From the NCBI RefSeq assembly GCF_006345805.1, contig NC_043006.1, forward strand, positions 29,078,001-29,142,000: a DNA stretch of 64,000 bases. Direction: 5' to 3'. Below are positions 40,602 to 52,600 of this stretch, piece after piece (within the stretch, counting starts at the first letter, position 1; each line of letters opens with the position of its first letter). Source of the stretch: Octopus sinensis (taxonomy: Eukaryota). Made by a program: the position numbers and the translations under genes. The notes below the pieces were generated by a model. The model did no database searches and had not been told where the DNA came from. It saw only the letters and a list, made by a program, of their open reading frames with translations.

Positions 40602-42087
40602 CGACCGTTCCTTCTCTACCATATCACTTTCACCGTTCTGTCTCTCTTCACCCTCTTTCTGCAGTCAGTCATCATCTCCTCTCTACTATCTCCCCCCCAC
40701 CTCATATATCATTGGTTACCCCCTCCCTTCCACCATTCACCCATCAACTCTAATCTTCTCTACTTATCATTCTATTCAGCCTCTCACTCATTCCCCATCT
40801 CTTGCCATCTCCCATATCTTTTTTATCCACCCATACTCTTCTCAATTCTTCTTACCTTGTATCTTGAGGGTCCTCCCTGATTCCTCCTCACCACTATTTT
40901 CCATCTATTTCCAGCTCCATCCTAACCACTCCCACCCTCTCTTTTATAATGCAAGTAGCCAACTAGCTTTTCCAAATAAAAAACCTCATCTCCTAACTTA
41001 AATCCACCTCTCTCTACTGTAGTCCCACTCATGTGAAGGAGATCTTAGTCTTGCGAGCTGTATAATGACCTCACTAGTGATGGTGTCACCTAAAAATTCC
41101 TTAGTCCACGTAAAGTGGCTGATGTTTGGAAGGGCGTAAAAACCATATATATAATATATATTAAACAAATGAGTGAAAAAGTAGTCAATATATATTGTAA
41201 AATATAATTGCTAAATTTACTTTGCTGATCAGTTTTGAAGTGTTGCCTGAAGATTCCACAAATTGTTGTCTTCACGCTACAAATTACTTGTAAAATTAAT
41301 ACATGTTTCTTTTTCTTTATTGAATTGAAATTATTATGACTCAGAATGGAGAGGCATTAATTAAGAAGAATTATCAGAAACAAGAGATTCAGCAATCTAT
41401 CAACTCTATGACCAGTAAATGGAACAACTTATTGCATGCAGCAGAGAGCCGAGGCAAAGGATTGGAAGCAGCACGGGATCTTCTTAGCTTCTATGAGCAG
41501 ATTGAGAAAGTGAATGCTTGGATGAGAGAAAAGGTAATTTTAATTGTGTATCTTCAAAGAAATTAGCCAAAAGTTGCTTAGCCTAGGTTCATTACCAATC
41601 AACCTGATTTAAGTTATTTAAGATGTGGCCATTTTATTCCTTTTTCTTTTTTTTTAAAATTCCTATGGTGTACACTCAGGACCATATTATCAGTTTGACC
41701 AACTCTTTAAAGACAATCGTGAGATTTGAGGGAAGTTTGGCTGTTATTTTTAATGGTTGTTCATAGTCAGTTATGACTGGGCAGACCCATGATCAGAGGT
41801 GTTCTTGCCAAGATAATCCTATCTTTTATGGATCTAAGACTACATTGTCTAATGTTTTTTTTTTTTAACTCTTGTATTTGTTTCAGTCATTTGACTGTGG
41901 CCATGCTGGAGCATTGCCTTTTTAGTCGAGCAAATCAACCCCAGGAATTATTCTTTGTAAGCCTAGTACTTATTCTATCGGCCTCTTTTACCGAACTGTT
42001 ATGGGGACGTAAACACACCCCCATCGGTTGTCAAGCGATGTTGGGGGGACAAACACAGACACACAAACATATACACACACACACACA

Positions 42088-42134
<47 letters not shown>

Positions 42135-43563
42135 CATATATACGACGGGCTTCTTTCAGTTTCCGTCTACCGAATCCACTCACAAGGCTTTGGTCAGCCC
42201 GAGGCTATAGTAGAACACACTTGCCCAAGGTGCCACGCAATGGGACTGAACCCAGAACCGTGTAATTGTTAAGCAAGCTACTTACCACACAGCCACTCCT
42301 ATGCCTATTCTTAATTTTTTTAGAGACAGTAGTGTAGGAATTGAAGGGTATTTAGTTACTATTTCTAGCAGTTATAGAAACCATATAGGAACTTGCTAAT
42401 TAGTTCATTCCAAGTATTTAGTAATCTTTGTTATTATTGGAAAATATTGATGTTGGTGAGATGGAGATACTGCTCTCTTGTAGCCAAACCTGGTTGCTCC
42501 CAAGATCATAATTATAGATTGTACTTGATTAAGGAAGGAATAGTTCTGTTATTTAAAGAGACTCCCTAAAATTATTTGACCAGTGCAAGTCTATAATTTA
42601 CAATGATAGCAATGGAAATGGCAGAAGATAAACTATATAATATACATCAGCTATTTAATTTCCCTTTTCTATATATTCGATGATATTCCCAAAATTTTCT
42701 AAGACTTGCCTTTGCCTGGCCTTGTTGAGATTACCAATAATATAAATATATCCTGGATATTGTTTAATTAACACTTAGTTCCATAAACTTGTTTCTATCA
42801 GGGTAAAATTGTTTGTAGACCTCAACCTTCTTAATAAATAAAACAAGAATAAGTTAAAACTAACCACTGAGAATAAAATTTTATACCATTGTGCTTGCTA
42901 CTTTAATAACCAACATTCTGTATATCTGGAAAATATTTCCAAATAAATTTGTTCCTCTCTAGGTTTTTGTTTCTTAAATTCATTAATCTGGTGAAGAAGT
43001 TATTAGTCTTTTTTTTTTTTTTTAGGCTAGGATATTACTGTAATAATGTGGTTGCTACATCTAATATTTATCTGAATTACAATAGGGTAGTGATTGGTTG
43101 GTCTAAAATAGGGGCAATTTGGAAGGGATATAACTCCAAGAAAGATTAAGCATTATATTTAGAATTGATGGAAAAATATTATCTAGTCATATTTTAATCT
43201 CTTCTGTATTATTTTCAGGAAATATTAGTCAATGCTGGAGATATGGGACGGGACTATGAACATTGTTTGGAACTTTTAAAGAAAGTCAACAATCAAGATG
43301 CAGCTGTAAGTATTCTGTATTTTGAGTTGTTATACTACAGCATATATCTTTTACTCTTTACTCTTTTACTTGTTTCAGTCATTTGACTGCGGCCATGCTG
43401 GAGCACCGCCTTTAATCGAGCAACTTGACCCCGGGACTTATTCTTTTGTAAGCCCAGTACTTATTCTATCGGTCTCTTTTGCCGGACTGCTAAGTAACGG
43501 GGACATAAACACACCAGCATCGGTTGTCAAGCAATGCTAGGGGGACAAACACAAACACACACA

Positions 43564-43636
<73 letters not shown>

Positions 43637-46600
43637 GACGGGCTTCTTTTCAGTTTCCGTCTGCCAAATCCACTCACAAGGCTTTGGTCGGCCTGAGGCT
43701 ATAGTAGAAGACACTTGCCCAAGGTGCCACGCAGTGGGACTGAACCCAGAACCATGTGGTTGGTAAACAAGCTACTTACCACACAGCCTCTCCTGTGCCT
43801 GTATATGCTCAAGTATTATCTTAAATTAGAGCATTTTGATATTTGGTAATGTGTCTTCCTTTTGGTTATCCCTGTTTTTCCTGTTCAATGAAAATCATAA
43901 CAAATATACATGATTGAAAGTTCAGGAAGTCAAACAACCAGAATACTGAACTTTGTCAATACAGAATTATTGAGACCAAACCAAACGACATCACTAAACT
44001 TACAAATTAATCAGAACTTGGTGTTATACCATGGTCAACAAGGGATGGAAATGTTCGGCAAACAAATGACATTACCAGGAAGTCAAACAACCAGAATGCT
44101 AAACCTTGCTAAAACAAATATATTTTGACCAAAACGCCTACGAGAAAAAGAAAAGACATCATCAAATTTGCAACCAATCATAACTTGATCCTTTACTGTA
44201 AAAACATATATTTATGCTAAAATACTTTTTTAACATTTCGAACTCTTACAAGTGACCATGAAAACACTCATGTACTACTACAGAAATTGTAAGAAAACTT
44301 TTTTTTCTTTCTCTCCATCTTTTTCTCTTTCTCCCCCCCACTTTTTTTTTAGTAAAAAATAAAGTATGATTGAACCTTCCACCATGTATATTTGTTATGA
44401 TTTTCATTGAGCATTTAAACTTATATAATTGTCTATCTCTGTGAATCTCATTGACATTTCTGTGAACATTTGATCATTTCCAAATTTTACCTTGCAACTT
44501 TACTCTCCTAAAAACCTTTTATTTATTCAATTTTTACTATTGTACATGTTTTGAGATGCTGATGCCAGTGTCGCATGATTGGCACTTGTACTGGTGGCAC
44601 ATAAAAAGCACCCTTCGAATGTTGGGAATCGTCGTACAGTCTACCTTTCAGTCTGAGGGAGAGACCCTTAGTTACCAACAAAGGTAGAATCTCTCCGAAA
44701 TTTGTTTTTATGTTAGCAACTACACTTTCAGAACTTCCTCCCCCACTACTAAATTGGTCACCTAGGTAACAGAAGCTGTCTACTACTTCTAATGAATGAT
44801 CCCCACTGACTATTTGAGGGAGTCTATTGTCTGTGCATTTGCCACACATGAAGACTATTTTCTCCATTAACCTTCCTGTGTTACCACTACACCTCCAAAG
44901 CTTACACTGGGTACAACATATGGAGTTTTTACCAACATCCTTCTTGCATATTGAGCGGGGCCATTTCCATGAAGGGACTTGCTATTTGTCTGTTTTCCTA
45001 CTTACTAGGACTTTGGTTTTTACTAAATTAACCCTTAGATTCCAGACCTTGCTTCTACACCTGAAATTTGTCTAGCTCATAGAGTGATTCAGCTATAAGA
45101 ACTAGGTCATCAGCATAGAGGAGTTCCCAGAGACAGCCAGTTTTGAATTCCTCTGTTGAGGTCTTGGAGGATGAAGATAAACAAGTGGGGGATGAGAACT
45201 GATCCTTGATGAACTCCTACCTGTACACCGAGCTCATTGCTATATTTGTTGTCAACATTCACCTTACTGGCAGCATCACTATACATGACTTGTACAGCTC
45301 TCACCAACCACTCATCTATCCCTAGCTTCTGCATTGATCACCAGATAGGGAAGTGGGAGACCCTGTCAAAGGCTTTCTCCATGTGAACAAAAGCCAAGTA
45401 AAGTGGTTTATTTTTGGCTAGATATTTCTCTTACAGTTGCCTAACCAGGAATATAGTATCAGTCATGCTTCTTCCTGGCACAAAAAACTCCATCTCATCG
45501 CTAACTTTCTCCCTAATTAATTGAGCTATGACCTTTTCTGTGACTTTCATCACCTGGTCCAGCAATTTGATGCTTCTGTAATTATTTCTGTCTAAGGCAT
45601 CACCTTTGCCTTTGCAGCAACTGACTATTATGCTACTACACCAATCATTGGGTATGACTCCCTTGTGCACAACTTGATTAACTATACAGGTAACCAGGTT
45701 ATATCCTACTCTGCCAGAGATTTTAAGCATCTCAGTGGTTATTCATGATGGGCTGGAAGCTTTCCCTGTCTTCATATCCTTAATTACTTTATCTGCTAAG
45801 GTACTGTTGATTCAAATAGCCAGTCCTTCTATTGAGTCCACATTAGGCAGGCTCTCCTTTCCCCATGCATTCTCTACATTTAGCAGCCTTTTATAATGAC
45901 ATTTTCTAGTCTCTTTCTTTGCAGAATCACTAAATGCAAGTGAACCATCATCTGTGCAGCATATTTCGTTTTGTGTTTGATGTTCAATTCTAGAAAATGT
46001 GTAATCTCAGAACAAATATTTTATGATTATATTTTTCTAGGGCATCAGGGTTGATGAAAACAGAATTCAGTCCATCAGTGATTTAGCTGATAAGTTGAAT
46101 AAAGAAGCCAAAGAAAAGAGAGATCATATGATAAAAGAGTAAGATATTATTAATAAATTTAGTTTGATTACCTGCCAATATAGGAAAGATTTTCTATTAC
46201 TGTAATATTTAGTATAATTTTGATTTAATATTTGCTTCTAGGTTGATAAAAACTAAAAATAGCCTGATGCTGGAAAAAATATTACTAGATAGGTTAAAGG
46301 TGATACAAGAATTGGAAAGCAAGATTTCCATCCAACACTTAATGTCTGTTTCCCATATTGGTATGGGTTGGACAGCTTGAGAGGAACTGGCTAGGCCAGG
46401 GACCACACCAGGTTCCGTAGTCTGTTTTTCCTAATGCCAACCACTTACAAAGGGCATCCAGCTATAGAAACCAAACAAAACAGTCTATAGAGCCTGGTTT
46501 GGCCTCTGGACATACCAGTTCCTGTAAAGCCATCCAAGCCAGCATGGAAAAACAGATGTTTAATGTTGATGAATTTAATCTGTGAATTCTTCACTGTTCT

Positions 46601-49600
46601 CACTTTCTTATAAACTTTCACTTTGTTAATTCAGCTATGAGTATCAACTGAAACAAGCTCTAAAATGTATCCAGAATTGTTAATGCAATATATTATTAAT
46701 GCTGAAATTATTTTATTGATATTAGAATTATTAATACAATATTTCATTTTTTTTCTTTTTAGTTTGTGTGAACAATGTTTTGTTCAAAAATAAAATTCTT
46801 GATGTTTGTTCTTTAGTTTGTGATCTTGTACTATATTTCTAGTTGGCGACAACTGCAAGGAGCTTTGAAAAAATATAAATCTGAACTAGAGAATCACTCT
46901 GAAATCCATGCATTTAATAGAGATGTCAATGATGTAAAAGAACGAATAAAAGAAAAGGTAAATTGAAAAATATAATAATCATCATTATTGTTTTAATGTT
47001 TACTTCTCCATGTTTGCATGGTCAGACTGGATTTATTGAGGCAAATTTTCTGTGGTTGGATGCTCTTCCTCTTGCCAACCTTTACCTGTTTTCAAACAAA
47101 GTAATATTTCACCATGAGTGACACTTAAACAACATTTCTGTAACAATGTCATCACTCTGTATCTAGTGTGAATGATTGCATATTATTCTTTTTATACTTC
47201 CAATTAAATGTTTGATCAACCTTTTATCATTCAGGAAGTTCAGTTATCGACTGATGATTATGGGAAAAACTTGGCAGCTGTTCAGCTATTGTTACGTAAG
47301 CAAGAAAAAATTGACATGGATTTCACTGTACTAGAAGCTGATATTAAGGTTTGTAGTTCAAGTTTTCTTCAAAATATCTTTAAAATTATATTATTGTAAA
47401 ATGAGAACAATTCTGAGAGGAAGAAAAGGAAAAGTGATCATTTATAGCTGTGTGCCTTGAGATATGTAACTCAATTTGTGCAGTTCACCTGAAATGTTCA
47501 AAACACAAACAAAAACCTGGTTTTAATGCTACGATAATAGCTCAGAAATATGCAAAAAATAGGAGACGGGTGAAAGAAAAACAATCAGGGTGTATTAATT
47601 TGGCACTCATGAAAAATAGAAGTCTTTGACTTTTCAAGCCTATGCTTTTCTACAGAAAGAAATAAGGAGAGAAAACAGATGAAGAGAGAAAAAAAATGGA
47701 AAATAAAAAAAATTTAAAAACTTATCTGAATTAACGGTGCTTTGTGTTAAACAGATAAAATCCTGATAATGTTAGACAAATATACATTTTTTGGTTGACT
47801 TCCTTGAATATTTTCTTCTTTGAGAGGAAGATAACATCATTATTTTAGAATGTTTGTTAGAGATTTTATAACTATGGTAGTGTTGAAGCAAAACAGTTCG
47901 TAGTTCCTGAAAAATTACAGAACAAGTAATCTTGCATGCGAAACGATGCTACAATGTAAAGTTTCTGTTAACCTTTCAACTCTATCAGAGAAGTTTCATA
48001 AATAAATTGAAATTAGAAATGTTTGTTATTATATGTAGGAAAAGTTACATAGGTCATAATGATCCTATTGTTTTTAAACTGAACACTGGTAAAAATTGTT
48101 TTTTAAAAAGTAGAAATTATCTGAGAAGTATATTTTCTTATAATTACTAAAAGTTTAAAATATTTGGAATTCCTTGTTCCCTTACTCTATAAAGGCAGTG
48201 GGAGACATGGATAAAGCTTTCCTATTGAGTCATTCAAGCTACAACCAAAGCTAAATGAATGAGCATGTCCATCTCCAGACTATCAAGTATGGTTGAACTA
48301 AGAGGGATGAAAATTTTCATTGCCGATTTTGGCTTTTAGATTTTTGCAGTTCCATAAAATCTAGTATCTGTTGAAAGTTACTGCTATCACTAGAGAAAAA
48401 TTCATACTAGTAATGATTTTTGAGCCAATAACCTTTTACGTTGCTAGGCTATCTTTGTATCATCTAAACTGTTGCATCTCTTACATGGACATTAATGCTT
48501 CATATTTTAAGAAATTGTTTTAAGCAGGTATTTTAGTCAAAGTTTATAAGAAAAATTATTTTAGTTTCTATGCAGCTTTGTATTGCTCTAATGTGTAATT
48601 TTTGCATAAAAGATTTAGTCATTTTTATATTAAAAGTAGAGGTTTTAAATATAAGTTTTAATTATTCCAGAAACTTGGAAAACATGCTGACAAGCTGGAA
48701 CAGAAATATCCCCATCTTTCTGGTTCCATTGAAAAGAAATTAACTGAAGCTAAAATTAGTTGGGAAGATCTTCAAAAACTCTTACGGAAACGGTAAGCTG
48801 TTTATTTGATTTAAGCACTGTTCAACAGTTTTTACTTCATGTCAATGCATGTGTAGTCTTGGTTAGTAAAGTTATTATGCTTGCCACATTGTGTAAGCAC
48901 CTGTTTACTATTTCATATCCCCTTAATGGTGACAAATTAGAGTTAGCATTATTTGAATATCTTGGAATATCTATTCTAACCCTGAGCTCTCAGTTCAAAT
49001 CTGGTTTAGTCAACTTTGCCTTTCAAGTTTTGAGGGTTGATGAAGTAAAGATGGACTGGATTGATAGAATTGTTAATGTTTTGAAAGATTACTTTGTAAT
49101 ATTCGTTCCAGCTCTTTCCATTCTGATGATGCCTTCATTGTCAGCTAACAACATCAAATCTGTCATTCACAGCCCAATAAGAATGAAATTATTCTTATTA
49201 AAGTAAGTCACAGAAACGCATGCATCCCATGATCCAGTAATGTCCTTTGTAGCCCCTCATATGTTTTTACACTTACAAAAAGAGGTGCAGTGGTATTACT
49301 GGATGATTTGGACACAGAAGAGGTGTAGCTGTATCACTGGATGACTAACAGAGAAAGTAGTCTTTACATGTGGCAGATGTGCAGGTACATTAAACACTAG
49401 GAACATAAAAATAATGACTCCCTCCTATACCAGCAGGGATCCCTTGAAGTAGTAGTAGACAGTCTCTGTTACGTAAGTAACCAAGTTAGTAGTTGGGGTG
49501 GTCGTTCTGAAAGCATAGCTGCTACTATATGTACAGGCTGGGTGAAGTTCAGAGAGCTTACTCCCTCCGTTAGTAACAAAGGGCCTCTCTCTCAGAGTTA

Positions 49601-52600
49601 AAAGGCAGATTGCACAATGCCTGTGTATGGACAGCTATACTACATGTCAGTGAGACATGGGCTGTGGTTACTGAGGGTGTGTGAAGACTTGAAAGAAATG
49701 AAGCCAGTATGCTTCACTGGATGTGTAATGTCAGTGTGCATATACAACAGAGCGTAAGTGATTTGAGAGAAAAACTGTGTATACATAGCATCAGATGTAG
49801 TGTGCAAAAGAGAAGACTGCACTGGTTTGGCCATGTAATGCATATGAATGAGGACAGTGGCATTAAGAGGTGCCGATCTCTAATTGTAGAGGGAACATGT
49901 AGAAAGGGTTGACCCAGGAAGAAGTGGGACAAAGTGGTGAGAAAGGTTCTACAAACATTGAGACTCACAGGGAAGATGAAAGGGGACCAAGACTCCTGGC
50001 AACTTACTGTGCTTGAAAAGACACACCAATCTAAGTAAAAGCATGGCTGCCCTTGCATAGAAGCTCATCCCTTGTAACCTTCTCCAGCTGAGCATCCCTA
50101 ATCTCACAGGTTCATAAGTGCTGGTGCCACATAAAAAGCACCCATGCCAGTGCTGTGTATAAGTGCCCAGTACACGCTGTAAAGTGGTTGGCATCGAGCT
50201 GTGGAAACCATGCCAAAACAGACATGGAGCCTGAACAATGCATGCCAACATGGGAAGCAGATGTTAAATGATGATGATGATGTTGTCTTGAAGGAGAATT
50301 TTCTCCCATGACTAAATCAAGAATTGAAGATCTTCTCACATCCAAATACATTCAAATGTGTTAAATATGACTATACAAATATACTTAAATCAATGTTGTT
50401 TCATGCAGCATCATGTGCATATGTACAATGAACTGCAGAAAATATTTCTTTGTGAAATTGTGGATAGATTAGAGTGGATTGTTCATTAGATAACACAGGA
50501 TTCAGCAAAGACATTTTTATTTTTTTATTTATTTATTTATTTATTTATTATTATTATTTTTTTTTTTTTTGCAGAAAGTCAAAGTTGGCTGAATCCTATG
50601 AGCTGCTGAAATTTCTCAGTGATGCCAATGAATCGGTAATTAATGTTTAATGGTTGTCTGAAAATTTGAAGGATTGTAAACTTCTGTTTCTTAATCAAAT
50701 TATCTTTGATAAGACAGCAAGGCATGATTTTTTTTTCCCCCAAAAAAATTGAATCATTTAAAACAATTTTTCTTTTTTAAATTACACTTAAGAATTCTTT
50801 AAGATATTTGAATTAGGGGGAGATTCTTATATTCTTATATATCAATTTTTATTGTTTTCCATATTGATTATGACAAGACCAATGTTTATCCCCCCCCCCC
50901 CATTACTACAGTATTTTCTTTCAGTTGAGAGAAAAGATGGAGATTCACTTTACTTTCGGAACCTCTACATGATTACTTTCTCTACTAAAAATAGTAAACA
51001 AATCTTCCTTAAATCACTTGCTACCATTTAAAAAAAAATAAAGATGCAATGCCCATATATTCTTATATAACATACGGTGGATATATATTTTTGTACTGGA
51101 TGCTTTAAAAAAATTTGGGATAGTTATACTTGGAAAGCCTTTGATCTTAGGTGCCGAGTGACTTGGGGTTAAGCAACAACAAACTTTCATTGGAGTGACC
51201 ATGATCATCATTTGTATCTGAGGCATTGCCCACCCAGAAACATTCACACTTCTATCATGATGGCATCCCTATAACTTCATCAGAAGTTGAGAGCCTAAGG
51301 CAAAGTAAATATTCAGTCTGAATTATCTGCCTTTGTACCTCTTCTCCTGTACAGTAAAGGATGTTGGGCAGATGTTTCGTTGTACATCATTCTGATTGAG
51401 CAGATTTATAATAAAAGGCATTCTAGTTATATTCATCTTGTCTTTTACCAGTTACTGTGGTGTAAGACTTCTTACAGCAAATCAACCCATAGTGCAACTT
51501 CCTAAGCTAGTTAGTCATTTGACCCAAATCTCCTTCAAATCACACCTTACTCTCTTAGAAAAGACTGACATATCTAATAATGTGTTTCTTGGTACATTGT
51601 GCTTGAGAAAAGGACAGAAGGTGTGAAGGAGGAATAAATGTTTGGAGGTACGTAAAAGAAGGTCAAGTATTTGCAATGTTGGCATGATTACTTTCTCTAC
51701 TAAAAACAGTAAACAAATCTTCCTTAAATTACTTGCTACCATTTAAAAAAAAAAAGTAAAGATGTTTGTCAGGTGTGTCTAGCTAGTTGAAGAGACTTCT
51801 ATGCCAACAGAATTGATATGTAAACAGTGAGGAAGTTTGAAGGAGTTTTATTCACTGAAGTCACTAGGATGATGATTTCAGGGTGAGGTAAGATGGTTAA
51901 AAGCACCAGATGAAGAGACACTCTTAACCATAGTAACTGTATTCTTTATTGTAAACCTCCAGCAAAGATGCATAAATAGCAGGAAGAGTGGCTTCCATAT
52001 AAGTAGACATCACTTTTTGGAAAGAAAACTACATCTCAATGTTAAATCTTCTCTTTAGGGACAATAGCTACTTCAACTCTGATCAAGTCGAAATATTCCC
52101 CACACTAGAGTACTGCATATATAGCTGGATGGAGCAACTGTTACACAAATTGCATCCTTTTCTCATTAAAAGTCATCAAATTTTTTTCTATTTGTTGAGT
52201 CTATAGGGAGGGACATTACTCTAATCAATAAGACCCTGAAATTACAAGCATATATGGACATGCTATGTTCTTCCTTTTATTGGATGGTTCCTGTTACTTC
52301 TCAACTAGCAATATATCTGAGTTCAGATATCACATCAAGCAATGTCAGATACTATAACTAAACTATTTACAAAGTGAAATCGTGTATTTTCACTTTATAA
52401 AAATAATGAATTATAGTATCTGACATTGCTTGACATCGAGATTTGTGCTTAAATTCACACTTAAATAACAATGGGTACTCTTGGCCGGGTTGGTCTTATG
52501 AACCAAAATATTTTTCATCCAGGTTAGTATTGAAAGGGTTAAACATCCTGAGTAGGTTCATCTATTAAAAAGCGACTGATATATTGTTCACACATTTCTT

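Noticed and set aside
43923-44109. 33-bp imperfect direct repeat 154 bp apart, with weak GIY-YIG C-terminal similarity downstream
   Set aside because: Too degenerate to classify; probably an old PLE remnant with no supportable function.
45100-51290. Further CTGATGA hammerhead-core matches (45108 -, 47251 +, 49123 +, 51275 -; also 1384 +)
   Set aside because: 45108 is the RT YADD codons and 47251 is exon 32. The others lack a properly placed GAAA, stem III or stem I.
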